A DNA stretch of 64,000 nucleotides. It comes from Camelus ferus (lineage: Eukaryota). Every line of letters begins with the position of its first letter. Within the stretch, counting starts at the first letter, position 1. The stretch lies in the NCBI RefSeq assembly GCF_009834535.1, contig NC_045697.1, positions 112,904,001 to 112,968,000 of the forward strand. Reading direction: 5' to 3'. Made by a program: the position numbers and the translations under genes. The notes under the pieces were generated by a model, which worked only from the letters and a program-made list of their open reading frames with translations, did not search any database and had not been told where the DNA came from. This document shows positions 1 through 13,649 of the stretch, one piece after another.

Positions 1-391
1 TGGGCTCATGAGATTACAGAGGCTGAACAGTCTGCCTCATCAAGCTGGAGACCCAGGAGACTGGTGTGATTCCAGTCCAAGTGGGAAGCTGAGAACCTGG
101 GGGGCTGAGGGGTCAATCCCAGTCCATGGTCAGGAGAGGACCAACATCCCAGGTCAACAGACAGGAAGCCAATAGTGGCCCATTCCTCCTTCCTCCACCT
201 TTTAGTTCTCTGCAGGCCCCCAACCCATTGGATAGCGGCCACCCCCATTGGGGAAAGCAGGCTACTTTACTAAACCCACAGATTCAAATGCTCATCTCGC
301 CAGGAAACACACTCACAGAAACATCCAGAGATGATGTTAAATGTGGGTATCCCTTAGCCCAGGTGAATTGACACACACAATTAACCATCAC
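1..391 (-). mobile_element. MLT2-family (ERVL) LTR, truncated by window start
   Basis: Ends ...ttgacacacacaattaaccatcac, the reverse complement of the MLT2 5' terminus TGTGATGGTTAAT...GTGTCAA. Confidence 0.8.
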
Positions 392-1829
392 CTTATGGAG
401 TTACAAAAAAAGGATCTGTAGCAATTTTCCCCTTTACTTGATTATTTCAAAATCAGTATCTGAGACTTAATTATTCACTTAAACATACTTCTTCATTCCT
501 GTGCCCTGATTCCCCCATTTTTAGCAACAAACCATCTTTTAGAAGAACAAAATATAGAAGTAAGTTATTTCAATTAATATTTCAATTCATGTTTAACTCA
601 CATTAAAGATATATTTTTTTCTTATTGTTCAACTAAGACTTTTCAGTTCATTGGCTAACAATGGTGTTAAATAAATCTGTACATGGTAGTCAAATAATTC
701 TTGTGTCACTACAGAGACAGGTGTTTTCAGGACGATTATTTTGACAAACTCACGGAAACATAACACCTAACGCTCCACTGGCAGATCTGGAGTTCTGGCG
801 GAGCAAGCCAGAGAGATAAACAGTATATCCCGTGAACTTCCACGAATCACCATCCATTTACTTCAGAGCATAGGATTCAGGCCAGTTGTAACAACAGCTA
901 TGGAAGCAATGCTGTAAAGAGATCTGGCAAACCTATCTCTTTAGTCAAAATATTGGCATGCCGTCAGCTCAGCTAGAAGGCAAGGCAGTGGTTTTCAAAC
1001 CCAATGATAATGTCTCATCCGGAACGGAAGTGACTCTTAAGCACACATTTAAAAGCAAACAGAGACAGCAGTACACTTTGGTGGGAAAATAAATCTAGGT
1101 GACCCAGGACTCCAGGAAAGTTTAACACTGACTCTTAAGAGGCCAGGGAGACTTTAAGCAATTCAATATTAGTAAAAGAGAGCCAGCTTTTTATTATCTT
1201 TATTTTTAAAAAAAGAAAAAAGAACAATGACTTTGTCTATTTTTCTTTCCTGAAGGACACTAGAAACCTAAAGCCAACTCTCGAAACTGCCCTCCAGAGA
1301 AAGGCCAAACTGAGCACAGCTGTTAGCACTTCCATACACTCATTATGAGGACCTACCTGTGCACTTAAGCTCAACGTCGTTGAGTAATTAATCCACATAC
1401 GAAGTCAGACTGCTAACTCTTTGTGATCTGATCTGTGATCACACCAGAAGTTTGGCCTGGATAACACAACCACTGGGAAACAGGCGGGGTTAGTGTTGAG
1501 GGATCAGGGGAGAAGAGGGAGATTCCCATAAGAATAGGGACACAGTGTCTCCATTGGTGACCTTCATTCAGCAGCTTCTGGGCAGTTGTACACAGTGCTG
1601 ATCAAGCCAAAGACATTAGGAAAGTGGGGTAATACTTAATTCCAGCATAGATAAAACAGCTTGGTTCTTGGTCCCACAAATCTCCAACATTAGTCTGGAG
1701 AGGAGGAACTGAACAATAAGAGAAAAGAAGAAAATAAATGGAAATCAAAGTGAGAGGGAGAGGGACCACCCTAAGAGTTGCTTTTTGGGATTCTTTGGGT
1801 TCCTAAATGTCCATTGAGTTGATATTTCT

Positions 1830-2260
1830 CAACAAAACTTTCACTTGAATAAAATTTGAATAAATTAGAATTAAATTTTGCATGTACATAGGAGTCCTCA
1901 CAGGAAAATTAAGTCCCAAAGAAGTGGCCAGGCCTTAGTGCTCATATACCAGACCGAACAAAGATACACAATTGTAGAAAATTAACTAAAATACATGAGG
2001 AGACTCAAGATAGATAAGATTTATCATAGCGAGGTCTGTTTGCTGAGGTGACATCTCTGGGCCGCAGCTCTCTATCTCTGGTGGTAAGAATGTTTCTTCC
2101 CTCCTGGTGCAGGGACCACATCTATCATGCAGGAATTTTATCTCCTGCTTTCAGGAAGAAAAGAGGAGATCAGAGTTCCTTTCTTGTACCTGCTGTGTTT
2201 CAAGTGCTTTTATCTTAAAATAATCAGCATGCAAAAGCAACAGCTTTGGTGCTCTTCCAG
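1830..2260 (-). mobile_element. Degenerate ERV1 LTR, MER34/MER39-like
   Basis: tctcctgctttcaggaagaaaagaggagatcagagttcctttcttgtacctgctg resembles antisense MER34-group LTRs (recall only). Confidence 0.45.
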
Positions 2261-3668
2261 GACTCCCCAGCTAGCATGTAAATATTTGCTTTCCATTGAA
2301 GTAAGCTTTAAGATGTTTATTAAAACCTGCAAAAGTTCAGGAATTAATATCTTCCTTGTGGTTTCTACCCCTGGTGTAATATGTGATAATCACATAGCGT
2401 AGACCCTTGAAGGAATACATCGCGAGACCTTCAGTAAAACCCAGATTTCTGATGTCGCAAGAGTTCATTTCCTTTCAAAACCTTTTTTATTCCTGCAAGC
2501 AGCCCTCATTTCCTTACACTATTATTCGCCATAACAACTAAATTATAAGAATTGTAATGACTTTAGTTCTTCTCTTTTCTTCTCCCAAACAGTGATGTTA
2601 CTTGATTTTTCTATGCTCTCAAACTATCATTTTATTCTTGAAAAAGTGACATATTTGATGAAGTAACAACTTAGATATTAAGATATATTCTTTAGTGTCT
2701 TATAGAAAACACTACTTAGAAACTAACACGTAGGAATTGCAAGAATGACATATTATAACAGTAAGCAAATGGGTTGTGTTTGCCAGAAGCTAAAAATGAC
2801 TAGATGACTTAGGGACAACAGAGAGACTACACTTACAGGTTGACATGATAGTGAGATTATTGTCTTAAAACCATAAAAACACAGATTAGAATAAAATAAA
2901 TATGAAAACTGAGACTGACATTGTAAAGTCTTTTTAAAGTCTTTTTGTACGTTATCTTGTCTTATTGCCCATCTGTACCCCTTTGGCATTTGAAATATAA
3001 AAGTAAAATTGTCTTTGATGTAGGTAATATGATTTTAATGAAAATGGATAGCCTTAAGAGACAATGAGCCCAATTACTCGAAAGTTGATTCCTGAATCAA
3101 ACCAGATGGCAAGGGATCCTGTAAGATCCCATATGTCGCTCTCCCGCAGGGCTGTTTTTCATTGCACAAACGAAATAAATCAAGGCCTTCTTGCTCCCAG
3201 TTTAGTCCTGTCTCAACGCAAAGTGTCATTCAGAAGAGATGCCATTCCAATTTTGAAAGTTCTAGTGAACTCGTTCATAAAGAAGTCCTTGGAATGGCCT
3301 GTGGGTTGGAGGCAGTGGTGGATATGAAGTTGGAATCAGGGCAAAGAACACTCAGTGAGGATTCCTAAAGACCCTTTCCTGTCTCCATACCTGAGTCCTC
3401 CATCATTAAAACAGCAGCTCATCTTTGTCCCATCAGCAAAACTCTTAAAGCTGTTCTCAGCTCCTGGTCCATCACTCTGTCCTCTTACTGCATCTCCTTA
3501 TTAGATCATGTTTCTTTCCTTTTCAGACTTTTCCTTTGTAAAGAAATCTATCCCACCTCTCCTGCCCCCTGAAGTGGCATTCTCTGCCAATCCAAATAGC
3601 ATGATAAAGACAAGCAGTGAAGATTTTAAACAAGAGGGGGTTGGGGAAGGAACTAAGAATATTTTATG

Positions 3669-3817
3669 ATGAATACAGTGATGAATTTCAAACACATGTC
3701 CATTGTTATTTTCTGATGGCGTAGTGTCAAAATCAAACTTTTCCTGAATTTTACTTTGACATGATGCCATTGGGAAATAATAATGGACCTGTGTTTGAAA
3801 TTCATCACTGTATTCAT
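3669..3817. repeat. Long inverted repeat (63-nt arms, 23-nt spacer); MITE-like palindrome
   Basis: Arm 3669-3731 versus the reverse complement of 3755-3817: 55/63 identical, outer 28 nt perfect. Confidence 0.92.
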
Positions 3818-4104
3818 TAGAGAAATTTGTACTAAGCGTAAATGTTTGTCACTATTTCTCTTCAATGATCACCCAGAGATGAAGGTTCTTTTTGGTCTCA
3901 GCACCAGCAATTATGCTTCTTTGAATGATTTCGTTTTTTGTCTTATGGTGAGTACAGTCCATGTGATTCTTTGTATCAGGAACTAGAAAGCCTAGAAGCA
4001 CATTGGGTTTGCTGCTCTGGCCAATGTGCCTAAAGGTATGTAGGTATGTATTTCATCTTCCCAGCTCTCATTTTCTCTTTGCCCCGTTTTCTTTTACATT
4101 TAAA

Positions 4105-5215
4105 ATTTTTTTTAATAGTAGTTAAAATATACATATTATAAAATACACTATCTCAACCAACTTTAAATATACAAGCTCGGTAGTGTTAACGACATTCTCA
4201 TTGTGCAACCAATCTCTAGAACTCTTTTCATCTTGGAAAACTGAAACTATGCACTCATTAATCTCCTCCTTACATTCCCCTCCTCCACATCCCCTGGCAA
4301 CCGCCATTCTCCTCTTTGTCTCAATGACTTTGACTACACAGAAGTATCTCATAAAGAGGAATCATGCAATTTTTGTGACTGGCTTATTTCACTTAGCATA
4401 AGGTTCTCAAGGTTCATTCATGTTGCAAAGTGTGTCAGAGTTGCCTTCCTTTTTAAGACTAAATAATCTTCCATCGTATGTATAACCACATTTTGCTTAT
4501 CCATTCGTCCATCAGTGGACACACATGTTGCTTCCACATTGTGGCTATTTTAGATAGTGCTGCTGTGGACATGGGTGTATGAATACATCTTCAAGACCCT
4601 GCTTTCAGTTGTGTTGTGTGTATACCCAGAAGTGGAATTGTTGCATCAGTTGGTAATTCTACTTTTAGTTTCCAATTTTCCATAGCAGCTGTACTGTTTT
4701 ATATCCACACCAGCAGTGTGCAAGGGTTCCAGTTCCTCCATGTCCTCGGCAACACTTGTTATCTTCTGCTTTTTCCACAGTGGCCAACCTGATTAATGGG
4801 TGTGAACTGCTATCTCATTGTGGGTTGACTTACATTTCCCCAGTGATTAGTGACGTTGAGCATCTTTTCATGTGCTTATTTGTGTATCTTCTTTAAAGAA
4901 ATATCTGTTCAAGTCTTTTGCACATTTTTTAAATGGGCTGTTTATTTTTTGTTGCTGTTGAGCTGTAGGAATTTGTTCTATATTCTGTATATTAACCCCT
5001 TATATGATATATGATTTGCAAATATCATCTCCCATTCAGTAGGCTGCCTTTTCACTCTGTTCACTGTGTGCTTTGATGCCCAGAATTTTTAATTTTGATG
5101 TAGTCCAGTTTATCTATTTTTATTTTTGTTGCCTGTCCTTTTCATTTCATATCCAGGAAATCATTACCAAAACCGATGTCATGAATGTCTCTTCTGTGTT
5201 TTCTTCAAAGAATTT
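4105..5215 (-). mobile_element. L1 3' end fragment (L1MA/MB-like)
   Basis: Antisense L1 3' UTR/ORF2 motifs (tatacccagaagtggaattgttgcatc, ttgagcatcttttcatgtgctt, tgatttgcaaatat). Confidence 0.88.
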
Positions 5216-5959
5216 CTTACATTTACTTTTCATATTTAAAATTGGATTGTCAGTGTATATGTATTGTTTGTATATGTCTAAGTTCTGTGAGTTACCTTAA
5301 AGTCATTCTTGAGCAAAAGATAGAGATATAAGATAGTATTTTTTTTTAATTATCCAACATTTTTTGACACCATTCCTTAAACCCTCTCCAAATTAATTAG
5401 CAGCCCTGTTACAAATTTAAGAAAGTCCTGCAATTGATTTGATATGTATTTGAATCTTCATGCGTATCTGTTTATTCTGTTCCTAAAATGCTTCATGTCT
5501 GAGAAGATCCAGTTTGGGATAATAACTAAGCAAAATAGCTAAGTTAAAAAAAAATGATTTTCTACAAAACTGCAAAATAATGGCTGGAGTGAAAAAAGTT
5601 TTCAAAACCATAGACACCCAGACCCCTCCTCAACAACATATGGTATATGTAAATTTACATATTTTTTGCTTTCTTCTTTATCTCTCTTTTCTATTATTTT
5701 AGTTCATTTTTCCTTTTTCTTTGCTTCTTTTCTGATCTCAGCTTTTTTCTTTCCAATTTCTTCTTCATTTCCAATTTTACTCTTCCTCCTTATTTTTAAT
5801 TTTCTCTTTATTTCTCTTTTTCCCTCTTTCTTTCATCCTTTCCAGCTTTTAACGTCATCCCCCTTTTTGTACTGTCTAGCCAACATTCATAGTCTCTGAC
5901 CTTGAACAGAGACATATTCTTTGCTTCGATGACCTCCAGTCTCTTTTCCCACCACAATC

Positions 5960-7400
5960 CATTTTTCACAATATTGTCTAGGTAAACTAAATTCAGACTG
6001 TTCTAACTCAAACAAATAGATCAATAGGCTGCATCCCTTTAAATTGTTCAGTTCACTGAGGTTTGACATTAAAACCCTGCCATGACACAGAACGTTTCTA
6101 TCAGCCCCCAAGAATCTTTAGACTCATGTCCAACCATCCATCCCCTCTTCCACCTCTGCCCTCAGCAACAACTAGTCTGTTTTAGGTCACTATAGATTGG
6201 GTGGCGTTTTATAAATGAGACTGCTCTGTATATAGTCTTGTAAGTGGCTTCTTTCCTTCAGCATAATTATTTGGAGATTCATCAGTGTTACTGCATATGT
6301 CAGTAGTTGATTCCTTTCTATTGCTGAGTAGGGTTCTAGGGCATGAAGATACCAAATCTGGTTTATCCTTTCACCTGTTACTGGAGATGTGGACTGCTTA
6401 CAGTTTGGGCCTATTGTGAATAAAGCTGCTATAAACATTCATATATAAGTTTAGTGTGAGTGGACATGTGATTTCCTTTCTCTTGGGTAAACACATGGAG
6501 GTGGAATGGCTGGGTCATATGATAGGTGTGTTTAACTTTATGTGAAACTGCCCGATGAGTTTCCTCTTTACATTTCCTCCAACAGTGTAAATATTTCCAG
6601 GTGCTTTGCATCCTTGCCAGTCCTTGATCTTGTCAGTGTTTTGGTTTTTTTTTTTAACTGAAGTTTAGTTGATTTACAGTGTTGTTGTAGCCCTTCTAAT
6701 GGGTGTGTAGCAGTATGTCATTGTGACACTGACATTAATTTGCACTTCACTGATGATTAATGATTTGGAAGCATCTTTTCAAATATTTATTGGAAACTCA
6801 CATATCTTTTTTTTTTAATCAGTGGTTGCTCAAATCTTTAGCCCATTTTTATTGGGTGTTTGTCTATTTTTGAGTCTTAAGAGTCTAAGAATTCTTTGTA
6901 TATTCTGGAATCAAGTTCTTTATCCAATATGCACCTTGCATTTTCTCTTTCTTTATAATACCTTTCTAAGAACAAAACTTTCAATTTACATAAAGTCTAA
7001 TTTATCAGAAATTTATTTTATGATTTGTACTTTTCGTGTCTCATCTAGAAAATCATTTTCTACGTTTAGATCAGTACATTTTTCTCCTATATTTTCTTCT
7101 CAGGGTAGCACAGTTCTAGGTTTGTTGTTGTTGTTGTTGTTTTGAATGGATGATTTTAAGTAATTATCTAATATGTTGATGATTAAGGACTGAGAGTCAT
7201 TTCTTCCATGTGGATACCCATTTGCTCCAGCACCAGCTGTTTGGAAGGTGTTCCTTTCTTCATTGAATTAATGTAAATCAATTGATCGTATTTGTGACCC
7301 TATTCTTTCCCGTTGTTGAATTTGTATGTGTTTTATGGTTTGGGTGCTATTGTAAATGGAATTGTTTAAGATTTCATTTTTCAATAGGATAATTTTTTTA
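5960..7400 (-). mobile_element. Old L1 (L1MC/ME-like) fragment
   Basis: Minus-strand ORF MFIAALFTIGPNCKQ...WYLHALEPYSAI resembles the L1 ORF2 C-terminus. Confidence 0.8.
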
Positions 7401-7689
7401 AGAGTTGTCATCATCTTTATCGCCTTGTCAGAACCTTCACTGATTACACATCAAATAATGTAGAACACAACTTAACCTGACATTGGAGTCCAATCCTTGT
7501 CTGAAATCTTCCTTTGTAAGATTGATCACCACTATCCTGTGTTTCCAATAAAGCTAACTACTCTCTGCTCCAAGTGTGTAGTCCAAACTCACAAATAGAA
7601 CTGCATATGTGTACTCTAAACTTGCATAAGGAGATCAAGGGTGGGGTGGATCAGTAAGTAACAAAGGGCCCTGATAGAGAAGAGAGATT

Positions 7690-7972
7690 CAGAGTTTCAG
7701 CAAATTCTGTGTGGCTTTGGAGAGTAAAACTGGAATTAGTGCTGGAAACCACGGAGAAACTGACTTCAGTGTGATACCAGGGTGTACATACAGTTAGATG
7801 TGATCATTACAGAAATGCAAGGGACATTCTCAGGAGACAGTAAGTTCTGTTACTGGCCGAGCCGGGGCTGGATGACCCCTTGCTGAGAATGTTATAAAGG
7901 AGATAATAGTGTCATAATAGGGGAGTTAAATCAAGTCACCTTTGTAAAGGTCCCCCAGCACTGAGATTGCAT
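7690..7972 (+). mobile_element. L3/CR1 3' fragment
   Basis: Ends gtcacctttgtaaaggtcccccagcactgagattgcat, similar to the CR1/L3 tail. Confidence 0.55.
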
Positions 7973-9234
7973 AAAAACATTCTGTAAACTTACTTTATTT
8001 TTTTGGCCATTAAATATCATTTCACAACCAAAGAGTCTTTCAGACAGTTTTGGCCTATTTATGTTCCCTGGAGCTAGTTTAATAGTTCATTTAATACTTA
8101 ATTCTTGAACATTGGTAACATTCACGAACTGTTGGTGAAATGAATGGAGGCTTTTTTTTTTTTAAAGAAAGAAGCTTCTGCAACATCACTTCCCATCTCA
8201 GGTTCTAGAATCGTCTTCATAGGCTATTACCGATGGAACACTGACTGCGAGAAGGGATTTGTAAATGATTATGCAAGCTCGTTCTTTGTTTCATCCATAA
8301 ATTATCCATCAGGCTCTCCTTGTGGAACACATCTGAACCAGTCAGGGCAGCAGAGAGCAACCACTTAGCATCTTTCGAAACAATAATTAATTTTCAAAAT
8401 GCCGAGGCCAATTGACAGCAGTGAGCACTGCCCTCAGAGCACGATCATGGCCTAGGTGCCACAGAGACGGGTTGCCTTGTATCGCCTGTAAATGGCTTCT
8501 CAGAAAACCTAATTTGAAATTACTGCCTTTAATTAGACTGCCGATATAAATAACTGTGATCAAATTAGTGCAGCTGGCCTCCTGTTTGTTTTTCCCATCC
8601 GGATGCGCTGTACAATGTAATCATCTGAAATAAACACCCATTACAAAGAATGCTTCGTTTCAAAGGACATATTATTCTGCTCATCCGGCCAACTGCAATT
8701 TTTCCCTCCCCGACGACATTTCAATCTTGTACCTGTTAGAGGGATGAACAGACGACCAAGCTCTCATAATGTACCAACTAGCGAATTAAAACAATCCATT
8801 GATGCTGAGTAGGGCCATGCATTTAAGAGATTTTAATTCATTTTCATCCTCGATTTACCATGTTTTCTTTTTAAACAGACCTCACCAGCTTAAAATTTGT
8901 TGAAAGACATAACTCTTCTGTACACAACAGAGCTGTATCATTTCCTAACAGAAACCCCTGTCTTTGAAAGAAAGCAGAACAAGCACCTTGCATTTGATGT
9001 GCTTTTTAATTCCAAAGTCCATGGAAAGGGTCCCAAGACCTAGATAAAACTTAGGCCTCGGGTCGTGTGTTTTGTGACAGGGCAGAGGCGCCGCTTTTGC
9101 AGAGAGCACGGCCCTTCCTTTTTGGTTCCCCGTGATGTGGCTGTCCACTGCGATCAGGACCTAATTTGCCAAGGTCAGCTCAACTGGGCCCAACCACGGC
9201 CAAGCTCAGTTCACCTCCATGCAACTGTTACCAA

Positions 9235-9820
9235 GTTCAGTTCAACCCCACAACTCTTTATTAGGTGCCTGCTGTATACAGGACACTATGAAGACTCCCC
9301 AGATGAGTAACATGTGGCCTCTCTTCTCAATCTGGTCCAGAAGCAAAAAACAAGACTGACTGTAGAACATCGTGAGTTTGGAAATGGTGAGACAGGAACA
9401 CAGATGCTAAAATAAATGCTAGAGCAAGGTGGACACCATACGAAACGTTATAAAGGGCTCTTGGAGTTCAAAGGGAATGGCTGGCACAAAGCTGGGAAGA
9501 TTAACTGGGCCTTGAGGAATATTCCAAGCCTTTGCTTTTGTTTTCGCTGTAGAGAAAGGCATAGAAATAAAAGTATAGGACAGAGTTGATAATAAAAATA
9601 ACCTATTTTTTGCTGGAACCTGGGAATTAAAAGGACTGACTGAAGTTAAGACTGGAAAATTAGATGGGATTCAAAACCCAAAGCCCCGAGAATCCCCTAA
9701 GCTGGTCCCTTTGTATTTAATGTATGAGACAGTCGGGAACCACTGAAGCCTTCTGACAAGGCAAAGGAAGTGACTGGGCCTGTCCTTCGGAAGATGCCTC
9801 TCACAGCTCTGCGGAATTCA
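9235..9820 (-). mobile_element. L2 fragment
   Basis: ttcaac...tttattaggtgcctgctgtatacaggacact is an antisense L2 3' end, followed by a purine-rich L2-like body. Confidence 0.6.
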
Positions 9821-10927
9821 GATCAAAAATGTTGGTCATCAGCCAGTGGTGGAGACGTTCGCCACACAGTTTCTCAGGAATCCCGCATGGCCCTCAGCAT
9901 GCAGTGTGGGGAATCATGTGACTCTCTGAAAGTAATTACAGTCCCCTTAGTTTCCTCTTGCTGGTGTGGGAAATGTTGGATTATTTTTTTAAAAAAAGAC
10001 CTCAGCCTCTACTCTTTCAGAACTTCGTCACATTCAGCCATTCAGTGTTTCTTCTTGTTTCTCTTTAATTTTCAGAATAGACTGGGGCAGGGCTTCCATT
10101 TAGAGTTTCTGTGCCCGACCTGCTGCTACAGCGCCAACCACTGCTGGTGGGCCTGGTGCCCGTCAAGCAGGGCTCTGACCTTCCAAGCCATCTGGGCTTT
10201 TCACTGGCATTGCCAGGCCTCTTGCCTGGGTGGTCTTTTCTGTGGCCCTCTGTTGTAAAGTCACCTTAGCTTTGACTCAGGTGACCCTTGCTTGCTTCCT
10301 CAGGCCAGCAATGCCACACTCCCAGAAGTACGAGACCTCTGGGTGCTCAGCCCACAGCAGGCGGGATATGGGGGGAACCAGCTCAGGTCCATTGACCTCA
10401 GTCACTCTACCTGCCATGTAAGTGCTGTGTTAGGCACGGCCCCATCCCCCCCGAAGCTGATCTGAAAGACAGAATGTGCAGTCTTTCTGGGAAAGGAAAG
10501 AGTGAGCTTCAGGCTGTAGGTTTTCCCCCAAGCATATCCTGGTTAATCTACCCCGTGCCCTGCCCTGCCCCCACCCTCTCCCCAAACGGTGTTCACCCCA
10601 CAGCGGTGGGAGGGGATGGACCCTGGAATGTCATCCCCTTGTCCTCCTCTCCCTGTCCAGCTCCTCAGCAGGAAGTCGTAGTGAGCAGACTGGGATTCCT
10701 CTTCCTGTAAACTGTACACTTCCTTTAATTCATGCCCTTCATCTCCCTACACCACTGTGGTGAAGCTATGACCAGAAGTCCAAGATCTCTTCTGTGTGGA
10801 TAAGATTTGGGAATTTAGAAAATATTTTCTCTCTCTCAGCAAAAATATCAAGAATATTATCACTAGGGCCTCAGGGGAAAAAAATCTAGTATGAAATTGG
10901 AGATAGGGTAGTGTCTTTGAACTAAGC

Positions 10928-11121
10928 CAGTGGTTCTTCGGATGCACACGGAGTCACCAGGGCAGCTTTAAGAAAACTGACGGTCAGGTCCGATGCCCTG
11001 AGTCTCATTCCTCAGAAGCTCTGGAATCAGGCCCAGGAGGAGGGGGTTTGTTTGTTTGTTTGTTTGTTTCCTTAAAACCTCCTTGGTGATTCTGATTCTC
11101 AGCCAGAATTGAGAACCATTG
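10928..11121. mobile_element. MER5-family hAT-Charlie element with internal (TTTG)n
   Basis: Termini cagtggttct...gagaaccattg; internal ggtgattctgat motif. Confidence 0.75.
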
Positions 11122-11499
11122 ACCTAAGACTGTTATGTGTCTTCTTTCTGAAGGAGGGGATATCGCTGAGTCATTTGTGGAGAGAAAGGGTCCTAATGTT
11201 TCAAGGTCAGCGTTCTGTTACAACTCTGAGACACTCAAAGAGCGGTGGTCTTATAGACGGTTGCACGTTCTCTTCCTAGCAGTCCTTTTCCGTAGATGTT
11301 GTATTGACTACACTTAATTGAAGGAGGGAAAGTGGGGCTCAAAGAGGCTAAATAACCAACGACTTTATCACTTAAATATTGGAGGAAAACAGCCACCCAT
11401 CCTGATTCCTGATATTCATAGTAGTCGTCTATCACACCATGATTAATGGGATTAAAACACTCTTCTTACTTTTATTAAAATCAAAGATTTCAAATATTA

Positions 11500-12930
11500 T
11501 GGATGTAGGTAACCTGAAAAAGAAACATTTCTCACAGTCCCGCCTTACAAAGATCATCCGTGCCAATGGTTGGATGCATATTCCTCCGAATGTGTCCTGG
11601 CCGTATGGTAACATACTTCATGAAAGCATGCATTACTTCTGCTTGAGACCAAATGAGATCATACCACAATTTTGAAACTTGACTTTTCACTTGAAAGTAT
11701 ATCCTTTAAATGTGGGTGTGGCGTTTCTGGGTGTGCATGCATCTCATTCTTTTTAATGGCTTATGTATTTCATTGTAAATAACCGAACATTTATTTGGTT
11801 TGTTTCTGATGTCTTGCTGTTACAAACTATGAACAGTTCTTGTTGTGGTGAACATATCTCTGGGCAGTTGTGTAAATGTTTCAGCAAAACTGATTCCTAT
11901 GAATAGAGTATCTGACTTGACTAGCATAGACATTTTCTGTGTTAATAGTTTACCAAATTGCCCTCCAGGTAAGTTGTGCCGGTTTGCAGTTACTTGAGCA
12001 ATATAGGGCAATGCTTGTTCCCCACACCTCAGATTTGCTGGGTGTTATCGGTCTTTTTTTCGAATGCGCTGATCTGATAAGTGAAAGTCAACCCCATTGT
12101 TAACAGAATCTGCACTTCTTTGGTTGTTGAGATTGAGCATTTTTTATACAAGGCATTTGGAATTCCTTCTGCGAATGTGGAATTCTCTGTCAACTTTCTG
12201 TCTGTTTCACTCCTTTGTCTCTAAGATCGATCAGCTTTTCTTTCTTGATTTGTAAAGGCTCCCTGAATTCTAGGAAAATTTACTGTTTGGCTGTCATATA
12301 TGTTATGAAATATGACATTATTTATGGCTTTGAGTTTTGTCAGGGGTAATGTCGGTGTGTAAGTATATGTGCTTCTTTTTATAAATTAGAAGTTTTCATT
12401 TTTTAAATTATGCTCCTCTGTCTTTTCTTATATGAACGTTTTGTTTCACATCATCCTAAGAAAAGGATTCCCTTCCACGATATTATAAATACATTCAGTT
12501 ATGTTTCCTTCTCGTACTTCTATGGTTTATTTTACTATATTTAAATCTTTTATTTACCTAAACTTTAGTGAAAGTGTTAAGGAAGGAATCAAGCTTCACA
12601 TTTTCCCAAATCCCTAGTCATTTTTCCCCATGCTATTTATTTAATAACCAGCATTGTTCCACTGATTTGAAATGTAACTTTATTATGCACTAAAGTATAG
12701 ATAGATAGACAGGTAGATAGATAGATTTCTATTTTAATGGTCTGTCTTTTCCACCTGCATATTCTTATTTCTAAAGATTCACGCTACATTTTGATATTTG
12801 CCAAAAGTACTCTAACCCCTAGTTTCACTAAGCTTTTATTAAAGAATTTTCCTAGATGTTTTCCCATGTTACTTTTTCCAGCTGATCTTTCAATTAATTT
12901 TTATCATATTTAAAAATAAAACAGCCTTAG
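11500..12930 (-). mobile_element. Old L1 (L1ME-like) fragment containing a (TAGA)n tract at about 12698-12726
   Basis: T-rich antisense L1 motifs (ccaaattgccctcc, gttccccacacctc, gagattgagcatttttt). Confidence 0.65.
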
Positions 12931-13649
12931 GATTGTGTTGCTTAAATGATCCCTTTTCTTGATCCCACTGTATCCTGGATGTATTAAATCCTAATTCTTC
13001 TCCCTGCTGACAGTCAGCCCCGGACCTGCCAATTTTCAGCCACCAAAGTCAGCTCTGAATGCCCACCTTTAATCATTTCCATTTTCTGCTGAAAATCTCT
13101 GAGTAATTTTCCATTTTTTTCAGTCTACAACCCAAAACATTTCAATATGGCCTCTAGGACCTCCCTCTACTCCTTTCTCCTGAGTTTGTATCACTTCTGT
13201 CTCACTCACCACCTTCCCTCCAGCCATTACCAGACTTTCTGTGGTCCCCGTAGCAAGCCACATTCTCCCTACTCTGCTCTTACACATTCTTCTGCATCTG
13301 CACTGCTCTCCCCTGCATTAACTCACACCACCCTTTTGAGGGGGGGTATCCCCTGCTCTGGGACCCTTATTACAAATCTCTGCTCCATCCTACACTAGGG
13401 GCCCTTCCTTCATCAGAACTCCCGTTACTAGGCGATTGGGGTCCATGAGACTGCTCAGATTGCCTGTTGGCTTACACCTCTTCTCCACTGAACAAGCAGC
13501 CCCGTCAGATGCCATCTGTTTCCTTATTCCCAGGACTCACCAGGGTTCAGATCCCTGACTCATGCAGGCTGAGCAAATGAGTTAAAAGTGACACTAGCTA
13601 AGGTTAACTGTGTATCAATCAGCATGTCAAGTAGATTCCAGTGAACACA

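Noticed and set aside
5666..5899. Hydrophobic Phe/Leu/Ser-rich ORF as a membrane peptide
   Set aside because: Translation of a T/C low-complexity tract.
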